A stretch of DNA of 64,000 bases from Malacoraja senta (GCA_038087875.1 CM075998.1:5706001-5770000); one strand, 5' to 3'. Positions 38,301 to 51,835 are shown, numbered from the stretch's first letter. Notes: generated from the sequence alone by a model not told the origin. Made by a program: numbers and translations.

Positions 38301-38745
38301 TTGGTTCATGGTGAAAGGTGTTCTGGCCGGCTTCTTCTCCACTGCTCCAAACCTTTCCACAGCTAGGCTGATGATGATTGGCGTCATCGTCCGCAGCCTT
38401 CGGTCCATGTCTCCCTTCGCAGTTGCTTCTAGCACCTTGTCGACGTCCTCGTCGAACTGATGCCAGACTGCCGTCTTGCAGGCCTGAGGCCATTTGACTC
38501 GAACCTTCTCCGGAGATCTGTTCCGAGGGACTAGTTGCGCCACTTGGAGGCTTCGGGCTCTATGGGGTGATTCCGGGCCTCCTGCGTCTCACCAGGTAAA
38601 ATACCTGTGCGATGTGACACTCCCTTTCCCTCCAAACACTTCATCCGGCTCTGGTGAATCTTCAGGCCTCAGCTGTTCTTGCAAACCTTACCACATCTGC
38701 ATTTGGTACTCATAGTCGGTTGTCCATTGCCATTAGTCGTTAACC
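35396..38745 (-). mobile_element. Near-full-length HERO-type (R2 group, restriction-like endonuclease) non-LTR retrotransposon, frameshifted
   Basis: N-terminal zinc finger CRCGKVCKNS*GLKIHQSRMKC (about 38630-38705). RT motifs SAPGPSRVPY, WLDLANAYGS, GIITGCTIS and FMDD. CCHC knuckle CPQC...HILSCC. RLE motif RPDILLV...LLELTVPWEDRLEEAHERKMTKY. Confidence 0.9.
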
Positions 38746-39054
38746 TTTGAGATACATATACTATCTCATCTGGAGAATCAGGGTTGTATGGGCTATCCCA
38801 ACAAACAAAGCCAGTGGAAAAGATTAGTATCTCCATTTTTTTTGAAAAATGATTATAGGATAAATCTACTTGAGAAAGAAAACCTTAGCAGTCTACAAAT
38901 GTGAAGTGGCTGAAGTCGGCAATTGGCAAAAACATGGTTACTGCAGTTAGTAAGTAGAGTGCTTTTCTTACGTTTAAGTAAATTAACCATTTTGTGATAA
39001 GTTTGTGGAGTGGCATGCCCTTTCAGAAGGGAGAAAAATCATAAGGCTAATTAG

Positions 39055-39924
39055 GTAGACAAAAGTGCTGGAGAAACTCAGCGGGACTGGCAGCATCTAT
39101 GGAGCGAAGGAAATAGGCGACGTTTCGGGTCGAGACCCTTCTTCAGACTGATGTTTGGGTGGAGGGGGGGGGGTCGGGAAGAAAAAAGGAAGAGGCGGAG
39201 ACAGTGGGCTGAGGGAGAGCTGGGAGGGGAAAGGAGAAAGCAGGGACTACCTGAAATTGGAGAAGTCAATGTTCATACTGCTGGGGTGTAAACTACCCAA
39301 GCGAAATATGAGGTGCTGCTCCTCCAATTTACGGTGGGCCTCACTCTGGCCATGGAGGAGGCCCAGGACAGAAAGGTCAGATTCGGAATGGGTGGGGGAG
39401 TTGAAGTGCTGAGCCACCGGGACGAATTGACCAGGGAGTTACGGAGGGAGCGGTCTCTGCGGAAAGCCGAAAGGGGAGGAGGTGGGAAGATGTGGCCAGT
39501 GGTGGGATCCCGTTGGAATTTGTTGCTTTACCTCCCCCCTTGACTCCATTCAAGGACCCAAGCAGTCTTTCCAGGTGCGGCAGATGTTCACCTGCACCTC
39601 CTCCAACCTCTACATCGGAGGAGCAGCACCTCATATTTTGCTTGGGTAGTTTACACCCCAGCGTTATGAACATTGACTTCTCCAATTTCAGGTAGTCCCT
39701 GCTTTCTCCTTCTTTCCCCTTCCCTTCCCAGCTCTCCCTCAGCCCACTGTCTCCGCCTCTTCTTTTCTTCTTCCCGCCCCCCCGCCCTCACATCAGTCTG
39801 AAGAAGGGTTTTGACCCGAAACGTTGTCTATTTCCTTCGCTCCATAGATGCTGCCTCACCCGCTGAGTTTCTCCAGCATTTTTGTCTACCTTCGATTGTC
39901 CAGCATCTGCACTTCCTTCTTAAA
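39055..39924. mobile_element. Penelope-derived element with about 270-bp inverted arms
   Basis: 39055-39325 is the reverse complement of about 39618-39889, with GIY-YIG remnants between. 15-bp TSD CATAA(G/C)GCTAATTAG at 39040-39054 and 39925-39939. Confidence 0.85.
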
Positions 39925-41189
39925 CATAACGCTAATTAGACGCACGTGGTGAAACCTGCATGAGTCTAACAGTTGGATATGTATACGGGCATTTTGAGCA
40001 AGAACTGCACCGACTGGTATGAGTTCCCTCTGTAAGTGAATAAGCTGCTGTTAGTCACAAGCTGGGCACATGAAGAATATTTGTTCAAATAAGTTATCAG
40101 AAGATACCCAAGATGCTAGAAACATATTCCAATAGGAGTCTGTGCTTTCAGGAGCAGTGTGGAGCTGGGTAGAAAATTAATAGAAGTATGAATTGTGCTT
40201 TAATGTGCCTTTTTTGAACTCTGATGACAGGCCATTACAGATGCTGCCTGACCTTTTGTGTATTTCCAGCATTCCCCATTTTTATTTCTGAAATCTAGCA
40301 TCTACATTTTTTTGCTTTTGTATCAAGTGTCAGTTCAGCTTTGGGAACTACAACATTTGTGTTAGATCAGCCATATGTGTTTAGCTTTCTAACATTGCAT
40401 TATTTTGGACTGATGTTTTATTTTACTAGATCACAGTTCCCACTATAATCACGTATTATTGTTCTATTAATTTGTCTCCCACCATATGAGTAATAATTGG
40501 AATATTTGTTTCTGATGTTAGATGCTTGTACAAGATTGTATTTGTAATATGTCTTATTCAGAGCAGTTGTTTGCTTTTCACATGGCGCAAAGACCAAATC
40601 AAAACCAAAGAGGCAACACCAAAGAGAGCAATAGATGTGTCAGGTAAAAATGCTGGAGAAACTCAGCGGGTGAGGCATCATCTATGGAGAGAAGGAATAG
40701 GTGACATTTCGGGTCTCGACCTGAAACGTCGCCTATTCCTTTGCTCCATAGATGCTGCCTCACCCGCTGAGTTTCTCCAGCATTTTTATCTACCTTCTAT
40801 TTTTCCAGCATCTGCAGTTCCTTCTTAAACAATAGGTGTGTCAGTGTTCCTTTCCACTTCTCTCCTGCAAGTTGCCAAGTTATGATCGTTCCTCATCTAC
40901 TCCATCGGTATCTCTATCAAGTTCCAATGGGTTGCATGCACGATGCAGCCATCGAGAACTCGAGAACACACAAGCCTGCAACATTTGTTTGTTGAAGCTT
41001 GACCAGTGCGTACAATACCAGGCATAGCCAGACAGGTTTCAATGGTACTTTCTGGCTCTAGGTAACTCTGGTAGATGGTTGAGAGCTTCAAGTTCCAAGA
41101 TATAAATATCGCCAACAATTTGACCAGGTCCAACCACATCAACAATAGCTAAAAACATGGCGATGCTACCTCAGAAATTTGGTGCATCT

Positions 41190-41670
41190 TCAATGACTTT
41201 TACCAATTTCTACAAATCCACCATAGAAAACATCCTATTAGGATACATCATGGCCTGATATGGCAACTGCTCTGCCCAAGACTGTAAGATATTGCAGAGA
41301 GTTGTGGACCCATCCCCATCCATCACAAGAACCAGCCTCTCCCCCCCCCCCACCCTCCCCACCCCCTCCCCTCCTCTCCATTGATTCTATCTGCACCACG
41401 CTGCTTTGGGGAAGCAGCCAACATAAGCAAGTACCACTCACACCCTGGTCATTTTGTCTGTTGAGCAGAAGATACAAAAGCTTGTAAATGCATATCTCCA
41501 AATTCAAGAATAGCTTCTTCCCCACTGTTGCCATACTTTTGGACGGACCTCTCATAATTGGAAGGATATATTCCTGATCTTCCAAACTACCTCGTTGTAT
41601 GCACCTTCTATGTAGCTCTAACACTATATTCTGCATTCTGTTTCTTTTAGCACTACGTATTGTACTCATA
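41190..41670 (+). mobile_element. Rex1/Babar-like LINE 3' fragment
   Basis: FYKSTIENILLGYIMA*YGNCSAQDCKILQRVVD...RRYKSL, similar to 4950-5593. Confidence 0.7.
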
Positions 41671-44539
41671 ATAAATAATTAACTAATATTAGCCCTAGTG
41701 TTATTTAAGGCTCTGATACAGGGGTGTCTTTTTTTTCGCAAATCTGTACAGCAATGGATGTATGAAGAAGCTCAATGAAAGATGAGCTTGAAAGATGACA
41801 TCATCCCAAAGTTGTCATTCTTTAAACAACAAGGAAGCTTTTCATGAAATTATTATTTTTTAAACTTCACATGCTGAAAATCTGAAATAAAATCCGAAAA
41901 CGCTGGAAACGCTCAGCAGGTCAGGCAGCATCTATGGAAAGAGAAATCGTTCATGTTGCAGGTTTGGGACCTTTGTCAGAATGCTCTACATCACTGAATC
42001 ACACTAATCTATACTTGGGGGCATTGAGGGATGTAATTATTGAAATGAATGAATATTAAATATTTAAGTTCAGTTTCTGGAAAAATGAACTGGTGTCCCA
42101 GAGTTCATGGGAAACTGTCAATTTGCAATGTCATGCTCTGAGTTCATGAATTTCTTTCAGCATGTATGTGGATAATGCAGAGTCTGGGAAAATCAAGATG
42201 ACTCTATCAAAAGTATGACCTAACTTTGTCATGATAAAACAAACTCTTCATTTACAGTATGTCTAAATTACAGTAATGCTTCAGTTACTCTTTCAGTAAC
42301 CAAACACTAATTCTATGAATCATTTCTAATTGATGCAATAATGGATGGAGACAAGATTTTTAGCTTACTGTGCTAATGAGATCATGACGTGACTTTGCCA
42401 ATTTTCTTTACGTAATTTTCTGTCTTGTTTTAGCACCTCTCTTCTAACAAAACAGAAACTTGACTCTGGCCGCACATTGCAGCTCTTGATGGCAAGAGGC
42501 CATTCTTCACGACTCTCTGTGGACAGAGGTTCAAATGTGAAAATCCGTGCAGCTGAGTCCAATCATATCCTGTGGTACTATCTTGTCAGCAATTATTGAC
42601 TTGATGTCAGTCAAGACAGTGAACCATCTCTGCTTTTTTTCTTCTCTTTGAAAAAAGGACCAGAAGTTATTTATTTAAATTCTGTACCCGTGAGTGGTAT
42701 TTAATCAGTCCTTCCTCGAGACTTAAAACATCACAGCAAATATTAGGAGCAAGTGTTAAAAGAAGCATTTTGGGAATAAATGTTTCTTTCTTCCTCCCTG
42801 TTTCGCCCAGTGCTCTTTATAGAATCGTCTTTAGTTCCCAAATTTTCTGTCTGCTGCCCCGCAATTGTTTAATCACGCTTTCAGTTTTAATAAAATGCTT
42901 ACAGTGTATTTGGTCATCTGCACCCCTACAAGTTTTCTTTCCTTTGAATATTTGCCTCCTATTTCCATTACTCTTATTCCTAGGTCATTACTTCTATCCC
43001 CTCCTTATCAATCCTTCTTCTCCCTTTTCCCTATATATTTTTTTTTAAGTTTGTTCCCACTGGGCTCTCATGAATGTCAAAAAAATTGCCATTGGCCCAT
43101 GAACCTTCTTCTTGTAAAGGCAAGTCTTATTGAATGAACTGTACAATACAGTGTCTCTTTTTATTGGCAGCATCAAAACCCATGCTTTTGTGGGGCTCAA
43201 GCCTTCAATTGCAAACATTGCTGATTACATTCAAATATGCACACAGTGATTTTACACATTTGGAACTTAATCGTGCTACTGGGAAATAACTGATAGAAAG
43301 TTTATTTTAAACCAGACTAAATTAGTTTGGGGTTTAGGGTGGGGAGAGACTGATGGAAAACCATGGATTGAAGATATTTTTCAGAATCTGTTCTTAACTA
43401 AGTTAATTAGGTTCCCCTTCTTGCTTTTCAGAAATCTTCATATCCAGTTTATAATTATTTTCAGTCACAACAGCTGTAAGGAATTTACATACCAACCAAT
43501 CGTCTAAAACAAAGTTGCATATAATAAATATTACATTTGTAAAAATTTGATTGGAAGAAATTGCATGCAATAAAATGTGACTGAAGAAGGATTAGATTAT
43601 GGTTCAAAATGTTCCCAATGCAGAATGACAGAAGTATTTTCCTTGCGATATTAAGCTGAGATCCCACTCACACACTTCCGCCTAAAGAAACCAGTCTATC
43701 GCTGTCCCCTATTTTGTACTGTATGTATGCTTCAATCAATTGTAGCCTTTCGCCTGAATTCAAAGGTGAATCAGAAGGTTGTGGGTTAAATTAAAAAGAG
43801 CAGGGAGGTTTGCTGGTGCCCATGCAAACATTTTCTGCCTCAATCAATACCACCAAAAAACAATAATTGACTATTCATCACTTTGCTCTTTGTTATTCAT
43901 CACTACGACTTTTAGATTTCTTAGCAGTGATTCCCAGGGGATCCATCAACAGGCCCCAGTAGCTGTCTTGTCTTCATGCAGAGGTCTAGGCGCCATATTG
44001 CCACAGTAAACATTTAAATTATTTGAAACACACACTTCAGCACTCTGGCCCTCAAATAGATTCTTGTCTTACTCACCTACCTTGGCACCAAGATATCTAT
44101 TCATTGTTTACTTCATCATTGCTGTATCAACTTTATCAGCCCTCTGAACTGAAATCTTCCCAGTAATGCCCATACATTTCAAGGATAACCGGCTTGGATC
44201 TAGCATGGAGCTGCATTGACATAGCTTCAGGTTCCCCATCATTCAGTTTCCCCACCCCATGTCCAATCACTCTGCTTGTCCCTTTTCCCACTTTTCCCTT
44301 TACCCCTGTAGTCTATGGAGCGAAGGAATAGGTGACGTTTCGGGTCGAGACCCTTCTTCAGACTGATGTGGGGGTGGGGGAGGGGGGCAGGAAGAAGAAA
44401 GGGAGAGGTGGAGACAGTAGGTTGTGGGAGAGCTGGGAAGGGGAGGGGAATGAGGGAGAAAGCAAGGACTACCTGAAATTGGAGAAGTTAATGTTCATAC
44501 CGCTGGGGTGTAAACCACTACAATATCTGTATTACTTCG

Positions 44540-45050
44540 GACTGCCCGCTGTAGGTATTCCAGATCTCAGTGGCACATAGAAGGCCAGGGATCACTGCAG
44601 CTTACTATACCATCCGTTTTGTGCCAGGTCTGAGATCTTGTCTTTCAAATATATCATTTTCCCCAGTAGACCAAAAGCTGTGGTGGCACATTGATGGTGA
44701 TGTCGAATTTCATCAATGATGTTTGCCTTGGCAAAAAGATGGCACCCAATAGATATGGGAAGAGGCCGACACTTTCCAGGGACCTCGCTGTGAACCTTGA
44801 TTATTGGAGTGCAGTAAGTGGCAGCAAGAGCATGTTTTTTAGAGGACCCTTGTCTTGTGGATGTTGAGTGTAAAGCCCATACTCAATTATGTTTCAGTGA
44901 ATAAGTCGACCATTCTTTGGAGCTTGGCCGCAGAGTGTGCAAACGCTAGTGCCGTCTGCACAGTGTTAATCAAAATCTGGGTTTGGACAACCTTGATTCT
45001 AGAGTGAACCACCTTCGGATGATTTGTAATGTTCAGGGTGATAATCACAG
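44540..45050 (-). mobile_element. Decayed RTE-like LINE
   Basis: Reverse strand LESVGLFPYL..KANIIDEIRHHHQCATTAFG resembles the RTE FxYLGS...IDDE...AFGRL region. Confidence 0.6.
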
Positions 45051-45149
45051 CAATACAATTTGTTGTAGAATTTTTTTATAATGCTCTCGTAAATATTCAA
45101 GATCATGAAATTAACCTCTATATTTTAACAGTTTATTAAAAGCAAATAC

Positions 45150-45522
45150 ATGTGTACAAAATCACGAGAGGAATTAATCAGGTAGATGCACAGAGTCTCT
45201 TGCTCAGAGTAGGTGAATCGAGGACCAGAAGACATATGCTTAAAGTGAAGGGGAAAAGATTTAATAGGAATCTGAGAAGTGACTTTTTCACACACAGGGT
45301 AGTGGGTGTATGGAACAAGCTGCCAGAGGAAGTAGTTGAAGCTGGGACTATCCCAACATTTAAGAAACAGTTAGACAGGCACACGGATAGGACAGGTTTG
45401 GAGGGATATGGACAAAACGCGGGCAGGTGGGACTAGTGTAGCTGGGACATTTTGGCCGGTGTGGGCAAGTTGGGCTGAAGGGCCTATTTCCATACTGTAT
45501 CATTCTATGACTATGACTCTAT
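45150..45522 (+). mobile_element. CR1/HER1 3' fragment
   Basis: FFTHRVVGVWNKLPEEVVEAGT and a (CTATGA)n tail. Same family as 327-2282. Confidence 0.85.
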
Positions 45523-46162
45523 AAGATAGACAATGGACTGAATGATTTTGGCAAGCCTAAAGAAAAAAAAAGAAAAACAATTACAATTTGCAGAAAACAA
45601 CATCTCTTAACTCAGTGCCATTGTCTGTGGTCATGCATTTCTATCAACTGTTCCCACAACTGTCTCAGACCAAAACCATTAGCAGATGTGGTATATAATA
45701 CTGATGTTTTGAGGGATTACTGACAGTGATATGATGCCCTCTGTTTTGCAGCAACTGAGGAATTCTGTAAACATGCCAGCTTGTTATTTTTCGTTGTCAT
45801 GAACTGCTTTAAAGACGTAGCAGAAACTTGTCAAAATATGAATATCCATGGTTGATTGAGTCTACACCAGCTGCGTGCATATACCTGAACCACAAATAAC
45901 TTTGGCATACATACTTCTTTCTTTGTAGACTTGTTCGAATCTTGTCCTTGAAAGGTTAGAGGTTGGCAGAATGAATCTGAAACAACTGCGAGGGATGACG
46001 GAATGTAAATACCAGACAAAGTATTTAACAGGCAAAACTGTGCGTGGGAGAGAGAAATCTATGGTATAGTGAATTAAATACTGTAATTTAAACATCTCTA
46101 TAGATACCAGAAAACCAAACCTATGGACCAGACATTGGGTGGAAACAGGTCTTCCAACTCAC

Positions 46163-46870
46163 TTCTTCTTCCTCTTCTTCTTGCGTATAGCTTGCACAGC
46201 CTAAAGTTGTAGATCAAGGGTAGACATCCAGGCCAGGACAGCATCAGTTACTGGGTGGATGGCTTTGATGACCCCAGGGAAAAGCCTCAGTGGGCAGTCA
46301 TTCACAATGTGTGGGATGGTCTGGTCTGGATGTCTACAGTCGCAAGCAGGGCTGTATGTCATCCCCCACTTATGCAGGTGATGGGCTGTTCATGCATGGA
46401 GGGTGCGGATTCTGTTCAGGGTTTGCCATTGCCTGCGATGGAGGTCAAAACCCGGTGGTTTCACTGTGGGGTCTGTGATGACATCTCCGTTGTTGGTGTT
46501 GGCATCTTTCCAGGGTCTGCGCCACTCAGTCTCGGAGTCAAAGTCTTCCAGGGATTTAACAGAAGACCAGAAGGGTTTGCGGGACTTCAGGCGCATGTTG
46601 GGCAGATTGTTCAAGTCAGCATGGATGGGAAGGTCAGGGCTAGCCTCGATGGTGCACCAATCTTTCAACATCTCTCCCTTCTGCGTATGCTGGGAGGGGC
46701 GATATGAGAAAGGACAAGGAGCCACTACAAAGGTGTTGACTTAAGCGTCCCTGTGATGACCCGCATTGCAGAATTAAGGACAGTGTCAACTCGTTTGGTG
46801 TGGCAGCTGTTGAGCAAAGCAAGCTTAATAAGGACAGAGAGGCAGTCAGTGCCCACTGCAAGGAACGCTT
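46163..46870 (-). mobile_element. Vingi/Ingi-clade LINE 3' fragment
   Basis: HTKRVDTVLNSAMRVITGTLKSTP, RLKSRKPFW and DPTVKPPGFDLHRRQWQTLNRIRT, followed by a (GAA)n tail. Confidence 0.75.
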
Positions 46871-46984
46871 TAAGAAACTCCACCACCATGACCCTCCTTG
46901 ACATGAAAGTCATTGATTCCATTCCATAGCAGACAAGCTGGTCCAGTCTCACTGCCATAACTGGAGGACAAAAATTCAAAAAGG

Positions 46985-47700
46985 CCATATGCTAACTGAA
47001 AACAATAAGGCCTTGGGAATAAATGATATCCCTGCAAAAATTCAGAGACTTGGTGAAGAGGAGCTTCATTTCCAAATTCACAACCTCGTCTCCCAGTCTG
47101 GGAAGAGTATGATGTACCAGCAAACCTCAGAGATGTCCCAGTCAATGACCATCTTCAGGAAAGGAAAGAAATCCAATTGCAGCAACTGCACAGGAGTCTC
47201 CCTGCTGTCTGCTACGGGGTACATTATCACCAGAGGCCTCCACGACCCTCAGTGGTTGAAAAGCCGTCCCTCGAGTTATCGTATGGGTTCCATCCAATTC
47301 GAGGCATAGTGGACATGATCTTCACTCCGCAACAACTCCACAATGAATACACGGAGTAATATCAACCATGATACATGGCTTTTCTTGACCACCCCAACAG
47401 CATACCCATTACCAGATTCCCAGAATAGACACTCTATTCCAAGCTCTATCACATGAAGAGATTACCTGGTGGCTGGAGGCAAAGATTCAAGGATATTTTC
47501 AAAGCTTCCTTGGAAAAGTGTAACATTCCTACCATTGCATGCGAATCCTGGAAGCCCAGCGTAAATGGTGGATGGAGTGCACCTCCTCACAAACAACCTA
47601 CCTACCCACTTCCCCTGTCAAGCACCTCATGCCCCATCCGTCACCACCTCGGTACCAGTGGAGTCAAATCAACCTTGACCCCAAGGAAGAGAAGAAGAAA
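46985..47700 (+). mobile_element. Decayed RTE-like LINE
   Basis: KALGINDIPAK...TIFRKGKKSNCSNCTGVSLLSATG and GGWRQRFKDIFKASLEKCNI. Confidence 0.65.
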
Positions 47701-49549
47701 GAGTACTTTGGAAATGATGACTTCAGTGCATTCGTTTTTATTGGAATAACGTTCCTGATTTGATGTTGGCATGCAATACTGTTTCTAGGAACCTCCAATC
47801 TTCACAAATGCTTAACCATCTAACCTTAGAAGTCTGGGTGAGATTCCAATTCCATAGATTAGGGCTACAGAGCCAATTGTGGTAGTCTAATTATGATCAG
47901 TTAACTTGCTGCAGATATTGGAGGGTGGGTCCCCTTCCCATTTGACCTTTCTGGTGAAAGTACCTCAGAGAGCCTGTGTCACAACTCATGATGTTCGTGT
48001 GAGTTCACTGTGTGCAAATTGGTCCATGTGTTTTATACATTACAGCAGTGTATACACCTCCACAAATATCTTGTTGAAACAAGGAACTGCAGATGCTGGT
48101 TTACAAAAGAAGACTCAAAGTGCTGGAATAGCAGAGTGAGACAGGCAGCATCTCAGGAAAGGACTTTAAGAGATTTTGCATCTGAAGAAGAGTCTCGACC
48201 CGAAACGTCACCTCTCCAAAATGGTGCCTCATGCATCTAGACTCACTGGGCTGTTCTGTACATTCTGTACTAACTGGGGGATTGTGCTTGTGTATGGTGA
48301 TAGTCTTGCTGAGCTGAATGCAAAATAAGTATTTCATTGTACCTTGGTACACGTGATAATAAAGAAACCATTGAACCATCCATGTTCTCCTGAGATGCTG
48401 CCAGTCCCGCCGAGCTTTTCCAGCAGTCCTTTCTCAAAAATACCTTATTGGCTTTGGATTACCACTACCCAACTGAACCTCTGTTATTTAACAATTTACT
48501 CCCCAACTTCTTCCCTGAATGTTCTTTGGCCAGAGCCCCACAGGTGTAACCCTCTCCACTGTTTTACAAACTGGTCATTTGTCATTTTCACCATTGATAC
48601 TGAGGGCAGCAGCACAGCTGAGCCTGACCACGTCCACCCAAATGCACTTTGCAACAGAGGTCAATGGTTTGTGTTCAGAGCCAGAAAGCCGAGCTGTTTT
48701 TAACCCCTATAAATCCAGGAGTGCAATTCTTTTTTTTGAGCTACTGCTAACTTAAGTGTGTAAGCGACTTCACTGTGCTGCCACAGTGTGGTTTTATTGA
48801 TGGCTTTGATAAAACCACAATTGTGCACTTTCCTTAAAAAGGAAGCACATAACATCTGCAGAGGTCACGAGTCATAGGCCTCGGGATTGAAACCAATCGC
48901 ATGACATTGGCTGAACGACTATTTTTTCAAACAGGAAAACTAATCACTTTGTTGTTGATTCAGCATTAAAGAAACAGATTCCATGAAAGTTCAGTGCCTT
49001 TTGATATTTCCATACAAGTCATAGCAACGGTAAATTTTGGAGGTGGCAATTCAGCCTGTTGAGTCTGTTCCATAATTTTAATGATATCATAACTAACCTG
49101 TGAGCTAACTCCACATACTCACCTTTGCCCCATATCCTTTATTAACTGTGGTTGAGAACAATTTATCAGCTTCAGATTCGACAATAACAATTGACTTGCC
49201 ATTACGAACAATTGACTTGCCATTTACCTAACCATCTGATTGCAGGAACGTTTCTGAACTTCATTCCTGAACTAAAAACATTAAATGCTGCAAATCCTCA
49301 GTGGTCAGTGAGCAGCTGTGGAGGGAGAAAGAGTATTAATACTTCAGGTCAATAAGCTTTCATCGGTATAATCCCCTCCTCTTCAGAAAGACTGGCTCTA
49401 CTGTTTAGACCATGACCCTTATGGCACACACACGCACGCACACGCACGCACGCACGCGCACCGCACGCACACACACACACACACACACACACCCCCACAC
49501 ACACACACACACACACACCCCCCCCCCCCTTTTTTTTTTTTTTTTTTGG

Positions 49550-49898
49550 GTGAACTGGGGCTGGGGACTGGACATTGTGCCTTCCCCCACAGTGGAAATC
49601 ACTGTGGGGGGATGATTTTTGTATGTAATTGTTTGTAATTGTATTTGTTAGTCTGTGTTCAAGATGGCGGTCGGAGGGGAGAGTGGACGCTGGCGCGGTT
49701 TCGTTGCCGCTGCTCTCTCCTCAAATTTCTGATTTTCTTTTTTTGTCTTTTTGGAAGGCATTCTGTCCCTGATTTGTGTATTGGTCTTTATAACTTATTA
49801 TTTAAATTCTGATTATATGTTTCCTATAAATCTCTGTAAGGTGTCCTTGAGACCTCGGTATAAGGCGCCCGTAAATAAAATTCATTATTATTATTATT
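49550..49898 (+). mobile_element. SINE-like element with an L2-type tail, preceded by a compound (CA)n/C-run/T-run microsatellite at 49425-49547
   Basis: Tail TGTAAGGTGTCCTTGAG..AAGGCGCCCGTAAATAAAATTC(ATT)n, with internal hairpins. Confidence 0.55.
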
Positions 49899-49919
49899 AC
49901 CTACCTACCTACCTACCTA

Positions 49920-50537
49920 CACCTTCCTTCAACAGCCTGTTATGCAGGCGGGGGACAGGGCAAGCGGGGGGAAATGCTGTCTGATGAACAGGAAGGTTGG
50001 CGCTGTAATTAAGAAGCTAAAAAGCACAGTGCACGGTAAGTCCTTTAAAAGAGGGGGGAGAGAGAAGGGAGGAGAAGGAGTGGAGACAACTTTTAAGAAG
50101 CCAGAGATAAACGGCTGTGAAGCTCGGCGGACATTAACATTACCGGTTGGTTATCCTTGGTTCTGAAAACTACTGCTTATGGGTTTTTTTTCCCAATGAG
50201 CCAATGAAATTCACTGGTCAGCACCGGCTACAACCTATGAGAACCTAAGAGAACCTTTGACCTCCTGGCAACCCACTAGGACCTTCTGGCGACCCACTTA
50301 CGGCTCGAGAATTCTCGCTACTCTCCATGGCGGCTTCATTCTAGTCACCGCTCATTTTTCAACATGTTGAAAAATTCGTGGGGACCATAATGAGGCCGCG
50401 ACCAGTTCCCAGAATGCAGGAACTCCTCACGACCATGAAGGCGACTCCCGGGCAACCACCCGTGAGCATGTGGCGACTATGTGGTGAGTGCAGTGTCCTG
50501 CAGTCGCCTGAAAAGTCGTCTAAGTGGGACAGGCCCA
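49920..50537. mobile_element. Harbinger-like element, right end only
   Basis: Ends AGTGGGACAGGCCCA|TTA, the same TIR family as 6225-6544. The left TIR was not found. Confidence 0.55.
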
Positions 50538-51350
50538 TTAGACTCCCCAACCACCTAAAATAGTTTCTTTCACTCTCATTAATACCTGAAAAACGTAGAA
50601 TATAGAACACTACAGCTCAAGAATAGGCCCTTTGACCCACAATGTCTGTGCTGAACATAATGCCATGATCATCTCTTATTTACTTGTGAATAGTTCATAT
50701 CCCTCCATTCCTTGTATATCCATATGCCTATCCAAAAGCCTCTTAGATGCCACTGTCGTATCTGCCTTCCACAACCATTCTTGGCAGCACATTCCTGGCA
50801 CTCACTACTTAAACTTCAATCAAATCACCGCTTTACCTAAATTATGGGGAGTGCAACTCTAGTTTGTGCAATCACTTCGTAATTAATTTATTTTAGCCCA
50901 GCCTGCGATTCTGGTGAATCTACACTACTCTCCATCCAAGTCTAGCGTATCCATCCTATGGTATGATGGCTGGAACTGCTCACAGTGTTCCTGTTGTGGT
51001 TTAACCAGCGCATGTATGACTGTGGTAAAATGTCTACCCATTTGTAATCCTGGCTTCCAGATCTAAAGACCTGCCTTCCGTTAGCCTTTTTGATTATATT
51101 CTGTACAGAACTTAGAACACAGAACAGTGCAGCCACAGGAACAGGCCCTTCGGCCCACAATATCTGTGCAAAACACAACCATGCCAATTCAGACTGATCC
51201 CATTTGCCTGCACATGATCCATAACCCTGCATTCCTTGCCTGTTCATGTGTCTATATAAATGCTTCCTTAAAATTGCTACCTCTGGAGGCAGTGCATTCC
51301 AGGCATCTACCACTTCTTGTGTAGAATAAACTTGCCTTGTAAATATCTTA

Positions 51351-51835
51351 AGGGGCTGTCCCATTTGGGCGACCTAATTGGCGAGTTTAGAAGAGTTGAT
51401 AAAAAACGACTATGTAGAAGACCTCCTTCGACCTTCGACTATGTTGAAGACTAGCTTCGACTAGCTTCGGGAAAATTGGACACCGAATAGTGGAGTGTGA
51501 AGACGACCTCCTTCGACCTCCCTTCGACTATGATGAAGACTATCTACGACTACCTTCGACTACCCTCGATTATAATGCTGACCTACTACGACTAAACCTA
51601 CGAGTAAAAAAAGTATAGATTTTTTCCATGGCGACCTTTTTTTACTCACGGGCATTTTTTAACATTGAAAAACGGCGCGACCTAGCTGAGGCCTCGAGTA
51701 CGCGGGGACCACTCTCGAGCACGAAGGAGAGTTACGAAAACCTCCTAGGACCTCGTGTCGACCATGCTGCGAGTATGAGTCAAGGGCAAACTCGCCAGAA
51801 CTCGCGGATTAGGTCGCCGCAGTGAGACAGCCCCT
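51351..51835. mobile_element. PIF/Harbinger-type MITE, 485 bp, inserted in a minus-strand CR1 fragment (about 51110-52150)
   Basis: TIRs AGGGGCTGTC(C/T)CA..G.GGCGACCTAAT. TTA TSD at 51348-51350 and 51836-51838. Internal CGACTA/CTTCGAC subrepeats. Confidence 0.85.

Noticed and set aside
48590..48850. Muscle enhancer for ITGA7 (CAGCTG E-box, MEF2-like AT tract)
   Set aside because: The motifs are short and imperfect. They cannot be supported without conservation or chromatin data.
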